From assembly GCA_033763775.1 (NCBI GenBank), contig JANRJW010000010.1:90430-154429 (forward strand): a DNA stretch of 64,000 nt. The letters are read 5' to 3'. The notes beneath the pieces are model-generated. The model did not search any database and was not told the DNA's origin. It saw nothing but the letters and a program-made list of their open reading frames with translations. Each line of letters starts with the position of its first letter. Position 1 is the stretch's first letter. This DNA comes from Alphaproteobacteria bacterium (GTDB lineage: Bacteria; Pseudomonadota; Alphaproteobacteria; Rickettsiales; SXRF01). The position numbers were made by a program, and so were the translations under genes. Positions 19,765 to 30,411 of the stretch are shown here, piece by piece.

Positions 19765-20937
19765 CTAGGCGCGCTCAAGCGCTGATTCGAGGTCATGAAG
19801 CAAGTCGCTAATATCCTCAATTCCAACGGAAATTCGGATAAGGCCGTCCTCGATGCCAATTTTGCGGCGCACGTCCGCCGGAATCGAGGCATGGGTCATG
19901 ATGCCGGGATGCTCAATCAGGCTCTCAATGCCGCCCAGGCTTTCCGCCAATGTGAAGACCTTGCAGCTTGTGAGCATAGCGCGGCAGGCCGGCTCGCCGC
20001 CTTTTAGCACCGCCGAGATCATGCCGCCGAAGCCGCCGGTCATCTGATTTTTCGCGAGGCTGTGCTGCGGGTGGCTCGCGAGACCGGGATAAATCACACG
20101 CTGGATTTTAGGATGTTTTTCCAGAAAACGCGCAATCTCCATGGCATTTTCCGAGTGGCGCTGCATGCGTAGCGGCAGAGTTTTCAGGCCGCGGTGTGCA
20201 AGGAAGCTGTCAAAGGGGCTTGCAATCCCGCCAATCGCATTTTGCAAAAAGCCGATGCGTTCAGCCAACTCCCCATTCGCAGCGACCACCACCCCGCCAA
20301 TCACATCCGAATGGCCGCCGATATATTTGGTGGCGGAGTGCAGCACGAGATCAAAACCATGCTCTATCGGGCGCTGCAGGGCAGGGGAGGCAAAGGTGTT
20401 ATCGGCCACACAGATGAGATGGTTCTTTTTCGCAATCTTCGCCGCCGCTGATAAATCGACGAGTTTAAGCAGCGGGTTGGTCGGCGTTTCCACCCAGAGC
20501 ATCTTCGTGTCCTTGGTGATGGCGGCCTCGAGCTTGCTGCTATCCGTGAGATCGACATAGGTGACATTTAAATTGGCGGACATTTTGCGCACGCGCTCAA
20601 ACAGACGGTACGTGCCGCCGTATAAATCATCCATCGCCACGATGTGCGAACCGGCGGGAAGCATGTCTAAAATGCAAGACGCCGCCGCCATGCCCGATGC
20701 AAATGCAAAACCGCTATGGCCGCCTTCCAGCGCCGCAATCGCACGCTCATAGGCAAAGCGCGTGGGGTTGTGGCTGCGGCCATAATCATAGCCGAGATGC
20801 TCGCCCGGCGAAATCTGCGCATAGGTGGATGTCGCATAAATCGGCGTAATCACCGCATTCGTCGCCGGATCAAATTCCTGCCCGCCGTGGATGGCGTTAG
20901 TGGCCGGTTTCCAGTCTTTGTTATGGCGCTTGGTCAT
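19765..20937 (-). CDS. metB: Cystathionine gamma-lyase/synthase
   Basis: YGRSHNPT, ETPTNP, HSATKYIGGHSD, AESLGG; pairing with cbs favours gamma-lyase function. Confidence 0.9.
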   Translation of the reverse strand: MTKRHNKDWKPATNAIHGGQEFDPATNAVITPIYATSTYAQISPGEHLGYDYGRSHNPTRFAYERAIAALEGGHSGFAFASGMAAASCILDMLPAGSHIVAMDDLYGGTYRLFERVRKMSANLNVTYVDLTDSSKLEAAITKDTKMLWVETPTNPLLKLVDLSAAAKIAKKNHLICVADNTFASPALQRPIEHGFDLVLHSATKYIGGHSDVIGGVVVAANGELAERIGFLQNAIGGIASPFDSFLAHRGLKTLPLRMQRHSENAMEIARFLEKHPKIQRVIYPGLASHPQHSLAKNQMTGGFGGMISAVLKGGEPACRAMLTSCKVFTLAESLGGIESLIEHPGIMTHASIPADVRRKIGIEDGLIRISVGIEDISDLLHDLESALERA

Positions 20938-20948
20938 ATTTGTCTTTC

Positions 20949-21025
20949 TGTTATCCTGGGCGAGGCGTTAGCCGATTCGAAGGATCTTAAACTGAAAAGA
21001 TCCCTCGGCTACGCTCGGGATGACA
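20949..21025. repeat. Family C element between cbs and metB
   Basis: tgttatcctgggcgag...cgaaggatct / agatccctcgg...ctcgggatgaca; close sibling of 34935-35010. Confidence 0.85.
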
Positions 21026-22396
21026 TTAACCATGTCCTGTCTGTTTGCGCAAATATTGAAGTAAATCAATCGGGGTGATGAGGCCGAGGAAGGCCTCGCC
21101 GTCCATCACAATCGCAACCAACCCGCGCTCGAAAATCGGTAGCAGCTCTTCAAACGGGCGCGATACATCGATGGTGGTGAGGTGCTTCGTCATCGCATCC
21201 GACACTTTCATCGCAAACCCGCCGGGATTGCCGGTGATGCCAAGCAGGATATCCATCTCCGAGATGAGGCCGAGCAGCTTGCCATCCCCCATCACCGGCA
21301 GCTGCGATACATCATACATTTTCATTTTACGGTAGGCGGCCGCGAGCGTATCGGACGGCAGCACGGTGATGGCGTTTTTGGCAGTGTGCGGGCGCGTGAT
21401 GAGGTCGCGCAGGTCGTGCGCTTCGTCTTTCATCACCAGCCCGTGGTCATCCAGCCAGTATTCGTTATAGATTTTCGAGAGGTATTTATTACCCGAATCG
21501 CACACAAAGCTCACCACGCGCTTTTTGGTTTTCTGTGCGCGGCAATAGGCAAGCGCGGCGGCGATCAGCGTGCCGGATGATGAACCGCAGATGATGCCTT
21601 CCTTTTTTAGCACCTCGCGCGCGGTCGCGATCGACTGCGCATCCGAAATCGTGTAGGCATGTTTGACGAAAGCAAGCTCGCAGTTTTTGGGGATGAAATC
21701 CTCGCCGATGCCCTCCACCAGCCAGCTGCCGGCTTCAATCATGACACCATCATTCACATACGGCGCCAGCACCGAGCCCTTGGGATCCGCCAGCACCATC
21801 TCCAGATGCGGCGCGACTTTTGAGAAATAGCGCCCAAGGCCGGTGAGCGTGCCGCCGCTGCCAACGCCGCACACCACGGCATCCACATCATGCTCCATCT
21901 GCTCCCAGATTTCCGGGCCGGTGGAGCGTTCATGCGTGACGGGATTATTGGGGTTTTCAAATTGATTCACATAAAAGCCGCCGCGCTCCGAGGCGATGCG
22001 CTTTGCCATATCCTGATAATATTCCGGGTGGCCAATGCCGACATCCGAGCGCGTCATCACCACTTCAGCGCCGAGCGCCTTTAAGTGAAAAATTTTCTCC
22101 TGGCTCATTTTATCGGGAATGACGAGTACCAGCTTGTAGCCCTTCTGGCTGGCAACCAGCGCAAGGCCAAGGCCAGTGTTGCCGGCAGTCGCCTCCACCA
22201 GCGTACCGCCGGGTTTCAAGCTGCCATCTTTTTCCGCCGCCTCGATCATCGAAAGTGCGATACGGTCTTTGATCGAGCCGCCGGGGTTGTGACTTTCCAG
22301 CTTGAGATAAAGCTCGCAGGGGCCAGTATCCAGATGGTTCACGCGCACCATCGGCGTGCCGCCAATCAGCGATAAAACATTCGTGGCGCTAGGCAT
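21026..22396 (-). CDS. cbs: Cystathionine beta-synthase with C-terminal CBS domains
   Basis: NPGGSIKDR, EATAGNTG, GSGGT, EGIG, C-terminal SQLPV CBS pair; start could be 22417. Confidence 0.92.
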   Translation of the reverse strand: MPSATNVLSLIGGTPMVRVNHLDTGPCELYLKLESHNPGGSIKDRIALSMIEAAEKDGSLKPGGTLVEATAGNTGLGLALVASQKGYKLVLVIPDKMSQEKIFHLKALGAEVVMTRSDVGIGHPEYYQDMAKRIASERGGFYVNQFENPNNPVTHERSTGPEIWEQMEHDVDAVVCGVGSGGTLTGLGRYFSKVAPHLEMVLADPKGSVLAPYVNDGVMIEAGSWLVEGIGEDFIPKNCELAFVKHAYTISDAQSIATAREVLKKEGIICGSSSGTLIAAALAYCRAQKTKKRVVSFVCDSGNKYLSKIYNEYWLDDHGLVMKDEAHDLRDLITRPHTAKNAITVLPSDTLAAAYRKMKMYDVSQLPVMGDGKLLGLISEMDILLGITGNPGGFAMKVSDAMTKHLTTIDVSRPFEELLPIFERGLVAIVMDGEAFLGLITPIDLLQYLRKQTGHG

Positions 22397-22508
22397 CGCG
22401 GATCCGTTTGTCGTCATCGCCTGCCGTGGAAGGCTTGCCGTAGTTCAGCGCGTCCCAGTGGGATTTGGGGCGAAATAGTTTGGAAAATAATTGCTTGAGC
22501 CAGTTCAT
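22389..22508 (-). CDS. Putative 39-aa small protein coupled to cbs
   Basis: AGGAAGG RBS; MNWLKQLFSKLFRPKSHWDALNYGKPSTAGDDDKRIRDA; stop overlaps the cbs ATG (ATGCCTAG). Confidence 0.55.
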   Translation of the reverse strand: MNWLKQLFSKLFRPKSHWDALNYGKPSTAGDDDKRIRDA

Positions 22509-22562
22509 AAAAACCTTCCTAGTTGCCATAACCATGTATCGCAAAAAAAGAAGGAAGGGAAG

Positions 22563-22637
22563 TGGCGACCCCTACGGGAATCGAACCCGTGTTACCTCCG
22601 TGAAAGGGAGGTGTCCTAACCGCTAGACGAAGGGGTC
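22563..22637 (-). tRNA. tRNA-Glu(TTC)
   Basis: GACCCCT acceptor, CCTCC-CTTTCAC-GGAGG anticodon arm, GGTTCGATTCC, CCA end. Confidence 0.97.
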
Positions 22638-22819
22638 ATAAAAGTTCAGCTGCTATGTGCCAGAAACAGAAATCACGAAGTTGATTTTTGCTTCTGCCTG
22701 AACCCGGAAAGGGTGCGTAATATCTTCATAACTGAAAGCGGAGTCAACAAAAAAATAAGTTTTGTGATGGCCGCCCGGTTAGCGCTTGCAATTAGGCGCG
22801 ACAAGCCTAGGATTTTCCT

Positions 22820-23377
22820 ATGATTGCCATGCAATATTCTATCCCGCTGCCTGCTAATTTCGACCCGCAAGGGGTGAGAAGCCGAGTGGAAAGCCGCCGC
22901 GCATCGTTTGATGCGCATGCCGGACTGGTGCATAAATCCTTCCTGTACAATGCTAAAGAGCGCCTTTATGCCCCGTTTTATGTGTGGAAAGATGTCGAGC
23001 AGGCGAGGGATTTTCTGCTCGACGACCTGTTTCATGGCGTGGTTGAAACCTTTAACCGCCACCGCGTGCGCAGCTGGTATGTTGCCAGCATGATTTATGG
23101 GAATCGAGAGGTTTTTACGAGTTTTGCCAGACGCGAGCTGGATATGATTCCGGCGGAAGCAAAGCTCGACGATTTTATGACGCGTGAGCTCGAAGCACAG
23201 CGCGAATTGACGGCGAACGAAGATGTCTATGCCCATACGCTTGCCTTTGACCCTGAACGCTGGGAAATTCTACGCTTCAGCCTGTGGAAAGACAAAAGCA
23301 GCGCCCCGAAATCCGGCAGCGATACGGTCATGGAATACGAAGTGCTGCATGTGAGCGAGCCAGTTAGATTTCCTTAG
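22820..23377 (+). CDS. DUF4865-family protein
   Basis: MIAMQYSIPLPANFD start, YAPFYVW and RFSLW motifs. Confidence 0.75.
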   Translation: MIAMQYSIPLPANFDPQGVRSRVESRRASFDAHAGLVHKSFLYNAKERLYAPFYVWKDVEQARDFLLDDLFHGVVETFNRHRVRSWYVASMIYGNREVFTSFARRELDMIPAEAKLDDFMTRELEAQRELTANEDVYAHTLAFDPERWEILRFSLWKDKSSAPKSGSDTVMEYEVLHVSEPVRFP

Positions 23378-23523
23378 CAGCTTGCTGCTTAGGAAATCAA
23401 CTGCCCCGGCGTAGGCCGGAGCCTAGGCAAATGCAAAATCCCTTAGCAGCTTGCTGCTTAGGAAATCAACTGCTCCGGCGTAGGCCGGAGCCTGAGCAAA
23501 TACAAAATCCCTTAGCAGCTTGC
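23372..23523. repeat. 69-bp tandem repeat (about 2.2 copies) containing decayed family C left ends
   Basis: ccttagcagcttgc at 23372, 23441 and 23510; each full unit has a ccggc-gtag-gccgg hairpin. Confidence 0.9.
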
Positions 23524-23537
23524 CTTGATATGTCACG

Positions 23538-23564
23538 TGGATACCGGCCTACGCCGGTATGACG
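23538..23564. repeat. Family C right end
   Basis: tggataccggcctacgccggtatgacg, reverse complement CGTC-ATACCGGC-GTAG-GCCGGTAT-CCA. Confidence 0.85.
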
Positions 23565-23570
23565 AAAAGG

Positions 23571-24050
23571 CTAGAACCCGCCGGGGTTGCCTCCTCGGCG
23601 ACCGGGCGCGGCGCCGGTATCCCCGCCGCGATTAAACCGGCCGATATTACCCAGCATCTGCTCCAGCGCGTTCATGGTGTGGCCTTCGGTAGGCGTGGTG
23701 CGCTTGGCAAGGTCAAATTCCCGGCTGGCGGATTGGTCAAAATACTCAACTTGCTTTACTACGCCGCTGGGCTCAAACACCACGCGCACCACCTGCTGCT
23801 CGACTGTTTCCGGCGCAAAAAATGCGACTGTTTCACGGCGCGCGCTGATGTAGTACCATGTTTCATCGCCGAAGCTGGAGGTGGCGGAGGGTGAACCGAA
23901 ATTAGCTAAAATATCGTCTCGTGTGGTGCTGCCGGTGATCACCGATTCTTTCCAGCTGGCCGTGCTGACATGACCCCGCGTATCCACGCGCGGCGAGCAG
24001 GCACAGAAAACAAGCAGTGCAGGAAGTATAACACAATGTTTTAGCTTCAT
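23571..24050 (-). CDS. bamE: Outer membrane assembly lipoprotein BamE
   Basis: Lipobox, FGSPS, WYYIS, C-terminal QMLGNIGRF. Confidence 0.9.
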   Translation of the reverse strand: MKLKHCVILPALLVFCACSPRVDTRGHVSTASWKESVITGSTTRDDILANFGSPSATSSFGDETWYYISARRETVAFFAPETVEQQVVRVVFEPSGVVKQVEYFDQSASREFDLAKRTTPTEGHTMNALEQMLGNIGRFNRGGDTGAAPGRRGGNPGGF

Positions 24051-24197
24051 AAAAACCAGTTTGGAGGTGATTTTCCGCTACGCTAGCGGATTTTATGCGC
24101 AAAGGCAAGGCTGCCTAGAATTTCTCCTTGGTTTTTCCCGTGGCAGCCGATAAAACAATAGTTTGTTTTTTAACCAGTCGCAGCGTGTGAGGATTCT

Positions 24198-24761
24198 ATG
24201 GGCATCATGCCGGATAGCTGGATTCGTGAGCAGGCCAAAAAAGGCATGATCGAGCCATTTGTTGAAAACTTAAGCCGTGAGGGGGTGATCTCCTACGGCG
24301 TGTCCAGCTATGGTTATGATGCGCGCGTGGCAGATGAGTTTAAAATTTTTACTAATGTCGATTCCGCCATCGTTGATCCGAAAGATTTTTCCCCGAAAGG
24401 TTTTGTTGACCGCAAAGGGCCGGTCTGCATCATTCCACCTAACTCATTTGCGCTGGCGCGTACGGTGGAATATTTCCGTATTCCGCGGGATGTGCTGGTG
24501 GTGTGCGTCGGCAAGAGCACTTATGCGCGCTGTGGTATCATCGTGAATGTTACTCCGCTGGAGCCGGAGTGGGAAGGGCATGTCACGCTTGAATTTTCAA
24601 ATACGACGCCGCTGCCCGCCAAGATTTATGCGAATGAAGGCGCCTGTCAGTTTTTATTTTTAAAAGGCGATAGCGTCTGCGAAACGTCGTATGGCGATCG
24701 CAAGGGAAAGTATCAGAAACAAACCGGGGTGACGCTGCCCAGAGTGGAGAATGTTGCTTAA
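24198..24761 (+). CDS. dcd: dCTP deaminase
   Basis: [27 protein letters not shown]. Confidence 0.97.
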   Translation: MGIMPDSWIREQAKKGMIEPFVENLSREGVISYGVSSYGYDARVADEFKIFTNVDSAIVDPKDFSPKGFVDRKGPVCIIPPNSFALARTVEYFRIPRDVLVVCVGKSTYARCGIIVNVTPLEPEWEGHVTLEFSNTTPLPAKIYANEGACQFLFLKGDSVCETSYGDRKGKYQKQTGVTLPRVENVA

Positions 24762-25277
24762 ATGACTGCAATGAAGGCCGAAGCGCCACAAGCTGAAAAC
24801 TTTACCATGCGCCGGATCACGCCTGCTGACAACCAGCATATGGCCGATATCGTGCGCCGTGTAATGACCGAGTTCGGCTGCACTGCCGATGGCTTTGCGA
24901 TTCACGACCCTGAGCTGGAGAATCTGTTTGATGCCTATGACCATGCGCGCAGCCGCTATTTCGTCGTGGAAGTGGACGGCGCGGTGGTTGGTGGGGGCGG
25001 TGTCGCGCCGCTTCGTGGTACTTATCAGAATATTTGCGAGCTGCAGAAATTTTATGTGCTGCCTGAGCATCGCGGCCGCGGCTATGGCCGTGCGCTGCTG
25101 GAAGCCTGCCTTGCCTTTGCCCGCGAGCAGAAATTTCAGCGTTGCTATTTAGAAACCGTCGAGCAAATGCAAGCGGCCGACAGCCTTTACCGCAAGGTCG
25201 GGTTTGAACCCATCGAAATGCCGCTGGGTAATACTGGCCACCATGCCTGCGACCGCTGGTATGCGAGAGTGCTGTAA
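24762..25277 (+). CDS. GNAT N-acetyltransferase
   Basis: CELQKFY, RGRGYG, CYLET, LYRKVGF. Confidence 0.9.
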   Translation: MTAMKAEAPQAENFTMRRITPADNQHMADIVRRVMTEFGCTADGFAIHDPELENLFDAYDHARSRYFVVEVDGAVVGGGGVAPLRGTYQNICELQKFYVLPEHRGRGYGRALLEACLAFAREQKFQRCYLETVEQMQAADSLYRKVGFEPIEMPLGNTGHHACDRWYARVL

Positions 25278-25278
25278 C

Positions 25279-25653
25279 TGTCATCCCGGCGAAGGCCGGG
25301 ATCCATGTATGAGGAAGTGTGAGAAATGGATTCGTTTACATCGTCACCAACAAGCCCTTTGGCACGCTTTACATTGGTGTTACTAATAATCTTGTCAGGC
25401 GTATCTGGGAACACAAACAAAAATTGGTAGACGGCTTTACAAAACATTACGGATTGGATCGTTTGGTCTATTACGAAATATGTGATGATATCCAATGTGC
25501 TATAGCACGTGAAAAGCAGATGAAAGAATGGCGGCGAAATTGGAAACTAAGGCAAATCATGGACATGAACCCGGACTGGAAAGATTTATATGACCAGATT
25601 GCATCGTAGATCCGTTATGCATGGCATGGGCCCCGGCCTGCGCCGGGGCGACA
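25279..25653. mobile_element. Candidate autonomous element: GIY-YIG gene between inverted family C ends
   Basis: Left end 25279-25305 tgtcatcccggcgaaggccgggatcca; right end 25627-25653, reverse complement tgtcgccccggcgcaggccggggccca; only the nuclease gene lies between. Confidence 0.7.
25319..25609 (+). CDS. Stand-alone GIY-YIG nuclease (96 aa)
   Basis: FVYIVTN...[33 protein letters not shown]; visibly AT-richer than its neighbours. Confidence 0.93.
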   Translation: MRNGFVYIVTNKPFGTLYIGVTNNLVRRIWEHKQKLVDGFTKHYGLDRLVYYEICDDIQCAIAREKQMKEWRRNWKLRQIMDMNPDWKDLYDQIAS

Positions 25654-25668
25654 ATACCGGATATGCCC

Positions 25669-26979
25669 ATGGATAAAATACGCATCATTGGCGGCACATC
25701 GCTGCGTGGCACCATTCCCATCTCCGGCGCGAAAAACGCGGCGTTGCCACTCATGGCTGCCAGCCTGCTCACCGATGGCAAGCTTGAGCTTGCGAACATG
25801 CCTTACCTCGCTGACATTGTAACCATGGCCAAGCTGCTCGCGCAGCATGGGGTGGCGCTGTCCTTTTCGCCGCAGCCTGGTGGCCGCAGCATGTCGCTTG
25901 CTGCTGGCAATATCCACAATCTGACTGCGCCGTATGAGCTGGTGCGCACCATGCGCGCTTCGGTGCTGGTGCTGGGGCCGCTGCTATCGCGCTTTGGTGC
26001 GGCGAAGGTTTCGCTGCCCGGCGGCTGCGCTATTGGCACACGCCCCATCGATCTGCACCTCAAGGCACTTACCCAGATGGGCGCTGAAATCGATCTGCAG
26101 GGCGGTTATATCCATGCCAAAGTGGCTGGCCGTCTGAAAGGCGCTGACATCACCTTCGAAAAAGTTTCTGTCGGCGCGACCGAAAACCTGCTGATGGCCG
26201 CCAGCCTTGCTGAAGGCGTGACCATCCTTCGCAACGCCGCGCGCGAGCCGGAAGTGACCGATCTGGTGCACTGCCTGCAGGCCATGGGTGCGCAGATTGA
26301 TGGGGCGGGCAGCGATGTGCTGACCATTACGGGTGTGGAACAGTTGCATGGCGCAAGGCACAGCGTGATTGCGGATCGCATTGAAACCGGCACCTACATG
26401 GCGGCCAGCGCTATGACCGGCGGGGATGTCGAGCTTATCCACGCGCGGGCGGATCTGCTTTGTGCGGTGATTGCCAAGATGCAGGAAGCTGGCGTAGAGA
26501 TCACCGAAACGCCGCGCGGCCTGCGCGTGCGGGCGGCAGGCGGCCTTCGTGGCGTTGATATCATGACCGAGCCATACCCGGCATTTCCCACCGATATGCA
26601 GGCACAGATGATGGCGCTGCTTTCCACCGCCACCGGTGCCTCGATGATGACCGAAACCATTTTCGAAAACCGCTACATGCATGTGCCGGAGCTTTCGCGT
26701 ATGGGGGCGAATATTGTGGTGCATGGCTCTTCCGCACTCATTCGCGGCGTGGGCGAGCTGCGCGGCGCGGAAGTGATGGCGACCGACCTGCGCGCCTCAG
26801 TCTCGCTGGTGATTGCGGCGCTGGCTGCCAAAGGTGAGACGATGATTCACCGTGTCTATCATCTCGATCGTGGCTACGAACAGCTGGAAGAAAAGCTCCG
26901 CGCCTGCGGCGCGCAGATTGAGCGCATCAGCGAGCGCCGCCAGACAGGCGCCATGACCGATGCGTCCGAGGCCGCATGA
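25669..26979 (+). CDS. murA: UDP-GlcNAc enolpyruvyl transferase
   Basis: [27 protein letters not shown]; start could be 25663. Confidence 0.97.
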   Translation: MDKIRIIGGTSLRGTIPISGAKNAALPLMAASLLTDGKLELANMPYLADIVTMAKLLAQHGVALSFSPQPGGRSMSLAAGNIHNLTAPYELVRTMRASVLVLGPLLSRFGAAKVSLPGGCAIGTRPIDLHLKALTQMGAEIDLQGGYIHAKVAGRLKGADITFEKVSVGATENLLMAASLAEGVTILRNAAREPEVTDLVHCLQAMGAQIDGAGSDVLTITGVEQLHGARHSVIADRIETGTYMAASAMTGGDVELIHARADLLCAVIAKMQEAGVEITETPRGLRVRAAGGLRGVDIMTEPYPAFPTDMQAQMMALLSTATGASMMTETIFENRYMHVPELSRMGANIVVHGSSALIRGVGELRGAEVMATDLRASVSLVIAALAAKGETMIHRVYHLDRGYEQLEEKLRACGAQIERISERRQTGAMTDASEAA

Positions 26980-27623
26980 TGAAGCCCATCGTCATCGCGC
27001 TGCCCAAGGGCCGCATTCAGGAAGAGGTGGTGCCGATACTGGAAAAGGTTGGCATTCGCCCGCAGAAAGCTTTTTTTGATGATCGCGAGCGCCAGCTGCA
27101 GTTTGAATGCGAGGGCGGTTTTTCCATCATTCGTGTGCGCTCGTTTGATGTGGCCACGTTTGTCGCATTCGGCGCGGCGCAGCTGGGCATTTGCGGCAGC
27201 GATGTGCTGATGGAATTTGACTATCCGGATCTCTATGCGCCGCTGGATTTAGGCATTGGCAAGTGCCGCCTCAGCGTGGCCGAGCCGCAGGATGCCAAGG
27301 CGCTGGATTTGGCGCGCCTCAGCCATATCCGTGTCGCCACCAAATATCCTAACACCACGCGCCGCTATTTTGCAGGCCTTGGCATTCAGGCGGAATGCGT
27401 GAAACTTTCCGGCGCCATGGAGCTTGCCCCCAGCCTTGGACTCGCACAGCATATTGTTGATCTGGTCTCCAGCGGCAAAACGCTGGAGGCGAATGGGCTG
27501 AAAGAAACATCGGTGATTGCTGATATCTCTTCGCGCCTGATTGTTAACCGCGCCGCTTTCAAAACACGCAGCCATGAGCTGAGCGCGGTAGTGGATCGTT
27601 TCCGTGAGGTTGCCGGTGGCTAA
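26976..27623 (+). CDS. hisG: ATP phosphoribosyltransferase, short form
   Basis: [23 protein letters not shown]; 215 aa. Confidence 0.95.
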   Translation: MMKPIVIALPKGRIQEEVVPILEKVGIRPQKAFFDDRERQLQFECEGGFSIIRVRSFDVATFVAFGAAQLGICGSDVLMEFDYPDLYAPLDLGIGKCRLSVAEPQDAKALDLARLSHIRVATKYPNTTRRYFAGLGIQAECVKLSGAMELAPSLGLAQHIVDLVSSGKTLEANGLKETSVIADISSRLIVNRAAFKTRSHELSAVVDRFREVAGG

Positions 27624-28923
27624 AAAAATCTTCATCACGCAGCCTGATTTTGAAAAGGCCTTTGGCGCGCTGATCTCTTCGCGCCAGCAGGCAGTGCAGT
27701 CGGTGGCGCCCACTGTGAGCAGCATTGTGTCGCGCGTGCGCGCAGAAGGGGATATTGCCCTGTTTGACTATACGCGCAGGTTTGACCGCTTTGAGCCGAG
27801 CGCCCAGACGGTGGAGGTTCAGCCGCAGGAAATTGCGAATGCGCTTAGCCTCTGCTTACCGGAATTGATGCGCTCGCTCAAAATAGCCTGCGCGCGCATT
27901 CGTGAGTATAGCAAGCAGCAAATGCCGCAGGATCTTGATTATGTCGATGGGGCAGGGGTGCGCCTCGGCCATCGCTGGAGCGCGATCGATCGCGTGGGGC
28001 TGTATGTGCCTGGCGGTCTTGCGGCCTATCCCAGCTCGGTGCTGATGAACGCCGTGCCAGCGAAAGTGGCAGGCGTGAAAGAGCTGATCATGGTGGTGCC
28101 GCATCCGGATGGCAAAACCAACCCGGCGGTGCTGGCGGCGGCGCATGTCGCTGGCGTGGATCGCATCTTTAAAATTGGCGGGGCGCAGGCAGTCGCCGCG
28201 CTGGCTTATGGCACCGCGAGCATTCCCGCCGTTGATAAAATCGTAGGCCCTGGCAACAGCTATGTGGCCGAAGCCAAGCGGCAGGTCTTTGGCAAGGTCG
28301 GCATCGACATGATCGCCGGGCCATCTGAAATTCTGGTGATTTCGGACAATCGCAGCAATCCCGCCTGGATTGCCTCTGACCTCTTGTCGCAGGCCGAGCA
28401 CGATGAAGCGGCGCAGTCCATCCTGATCACCGATGACAGTGCTTATGCGGATGTTGTCCTTGCGGCTGTGGAGGCGCTGCTCGCCACCCTGCCGCGTGAA
28501 GCGATTGCCCGCGCATCATGGCGCAGTCATGGCGCGGTGATCGTGGTTGAAAATCTGCATCAGGCCTGTGAGCTGGCCAACCGTATTGCGCCGGAGCATC
28601 TGGAGCTGGCGCTTTACCAGCCCGAAGAAATTCTGCCGCAGCTGCGCCACGCGGGTGCGATTTTCCTTGGCCGCTACACGCCGGAAGCGATCGGTGATTA
28701 CATTGCCGGCCCCTCGCATGTGCTGCCCACCTCGGGCACCGCGCGTTTTTCTTCCGGCCTGTCGGTGTATGATTTCCTCAAGCGCACCTCCATTGCGGGG
28801 TGCACACCGGCTTCGTTTGCCTCGCTCGCGCCCTATGTGCTCACGCTGGCGGAGAGTGAGGGCTTGGGAGCGCATGCGCTGTCCATTGCCACGCGCAAAG
28901 AAGCCATTTCGGAGGAAAGGTGA
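27616..28923 (+). CDS. hisD: Histidinol dehydrogenase
   Basis: [25 protein letters not shown]; start uncertain. Confidence 0.96.
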   Translation: MAKKIFITQPDFEKAFGALISSRQQAVQSVAPTVSSIVSRVRAEGDIALFDYTRRFDRFEPSAQTVEVQPQEIANALSLCLPELMRSLKIACARIREYSKQQMPQDLDYVDGAGVRLGHRWSAIDRVGLYVPGGLAAYPSSVLMNAVPAKVAGVKELIMVVPHPDGKTNPAVLAAAHVAGVDRIFKIGGAQAVAALAYGTASIPAVDKIVGPGNSYVAEAKRQVFGKVGIDMIAGPSEILVISDNRSNPAWIASDLLSQAEHDEAAQSILITDDSAYADVVLAAVEALLATLPREAIARASWRSHGAVIVVENLHQACELANRIAPEHLELALYQPEEILPQLRHAGAIFLGRYTPEAIGDYIAGPSHVLPTSGTARFSSGLSVYDFLKRTSIAGCTPASFASLAPYVLTLAESEGLGAHALSIATRKEAISEER

Positions 28924-29393
28924 GCGAGCGTATTGGCCGCATCACGCTGGATGAAAGCAGCATCAAACATCGCTCCAGCGAAGTGGAGCATGAGCGCGCT
29001 GTGGCGATTGCCGATCTGCTGGGCGATAATCAGTTTGCCCCAGTGGGTATGCAGCCGGGGCCGTATGATGTGCATCTTGGCATCACCGATGGCAGGCTGG
29101 TCTTTGATATTACCGCAGCAGGCGGCAGCAAAGGGCGTGTGGCGCTTTCGGTGGCGCCGCTGCGCTCCATTATCCGCGACTATTTCCTGATCTGCGAAAG
29201 CTATTACGAAGCGCTGAAAAACGCGACCCCCGCCAAGCTGGAAGCGGTGGATATGGGGCGCCGCGGGGTGCATAACGAAGGTTCAGACAAGCTCAGCGAG
29301 CTGCTGGAAGGCAAGATCAGCCTTGATCATCGCACCTCGCGGCGGCTTTTTACCCTCATTTGCGTGCTGTCTGTTGGCGCGAGGTTTCAGTAG
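28920..29393 (+). CDS. UPF0262-family protein
   Basis: EHERAVAIADL, DYFLICESY, DMGRRGVHNEG; usual position after hisD. Confidence 0.9.
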   Translation: MSERIGRITLDESSIKHRSSEVEHERAVAIADLLGDNQFAPVGMQPGPYDVHLGITDGRLVFDITAAGGSKGRVALSVAPLRSIIRDYFLICESYYEALKNATPAKLEAVDMGRRGVHNEGSDKLSELLEGKISLDHRTSRRLFTLICVLSVGARFQ

Positions 29394-29449
29394 CCAGATG
29401 CTAAAGGGAGGTAAGATTCTGCTTGGCGCTGGCTGATTTCCTGCTAAAA

Positions 29450-29480
29450 CCTAGCACCTGTCTCCTAACACCTATAACCT
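29450..29480. repeat. One-sided heptamer array (CCTNNNN) upstream of infA
   Basis: cctagca cctgtct cctaaca cctataa cct. Confidence 0.5.
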
Positions 29481-29489
29481 CAGATCATT

Positions 29490-29708
29490 ATGGCAAAAGA
29501 AGAACTTCTTGAATTCCCCGGCATCGTCACTGAGCTGCTGCCCAACGCTACCTTCCGTGTGAAGCTTGAGAACGATCACATGGTGATCGCCCACACCTCC
29601 GGCAAGATGCGCAAAAACCGCATCCGCGTCCTCGCTGGTGATAAGGTGATTGTCGAGATGACGCCCTACGACCTCACCAAAGGTCGCATTAAATTCCGCG
29701 AAAAATAA
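29490..29708 (+). CDS. infA: Translation initiation factor IF-1
   Basis: MAKEE...[23 protein letters not shown]. Confidence 0.98.
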   Translation: MAKEELLEFPGIVTELLPNATFRVKLENDHMVIAHTSGKMRKNRIRVLAGDKVIVEMTPYDLTKGRIKFREK

Positions 29709-30328
29709 TGTTAGTCCTGGCCTCAGCCTCGCCGCGGCGGCTGCAGTTGCTGAAGCAGATTGGCATCGTACCTCAGCTGGTAGTGCCTGCCGATATTGAT
29801 GAAACACCGCATAAGCTGGAAACCCCGCTTGATTATGTTCGCCGCATGGCGCGCGAAAAAGCCATGCGTGTAGCAGGCCTTCATCCTGAAGCGGTCGTAC
29901 TGGCTGCCGATACGGTGGTGGCATGTGGCCGGCGCATTTTGCCAAAAGCCGAAACAGAAAAGCAGGCGCATGACTGCCTGACGTTGCTGTCAGGTCGCCG
30001 TCACCGCGTGCTGACAGCCGTTGCACTTTCACCCCCCCATATCCCCCCCGCAAGCGGGGGGGAAGTAAGGGGGGGCTTACTACTTCGTACAGTGACCACG
30101 CAGGTGCGCTTTCGCCGCCTGAGCGAAGCCGAGATTCAGCGCTATATCCAAACTGGCGAGTGGCAGGGCAAGGCGGGTGGCTATGGCATTCAGGGGCAGG
30201 CGGAGGCATTTATCCCCTGGATTTCCGGCAGCTACTCAAATGTCGTTGGCTTGCCGCTGGCCGAAACCGCTGCTATGCTTATTCGGTATTTTCCTCTCCC
30301 GCTTACGGGGGAGGAAGATATTTCTTAG
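29708..30328 (+). CDS. maf: Maf-family nucleotide pyrophosphatase
   Basis: [29 protein letters not shown]. Confidence 0.95.
   Translation: MLVLASASPRRLQLLKQIGIVPQLVVPADIDETPHKLETPLDYVRRMAREKAMRVAGLHPEAVVLAADTVVACGRRILPKAETEKQAHDCLTLLSGRRHRVLTAVALSPPHIPPASGGEVRGGLLLRTVTTQVRFRRLSEAEIQRYIQTGEWQGKAGGYGIQGQAEAFIPWISGSYSNVVGLPLAETAAMLIRYFPLPLTGEEDIS
30032..30075. repeat. Family B C/G-run palindrome in frame in maf
   Basis: C7-atat-cccccccgc-aa-gcggggggg-aagtaa-G7; encodes [15 protein letters not shown]. Confidence 0.85.
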
Positions 30329-30391
30329 GCTTCGTCTAGGCGCTGAAGCGCCAAGACTTCGCAACCCTTTCCCGCAGGCGGGAGAGAGGAA
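30291..30391. repeat. Family B dimer overlapping the maf 3' end
   Basis: ttcctctcccg-ctta-cgggggaggaa and ccctttcccgc-ag-gcgggagagagg hairpins. Confidence 0.8.
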
Positions 30392-30411
30392 GTATCAAGA
30401 AAGGACGATGA

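Noticed and set aside
23372-23523. Possible CRISPR array
   Set aside because: The sequences between the repeated 14-mers are near-identical, so this is a tandem duplication; no cas genes are present.
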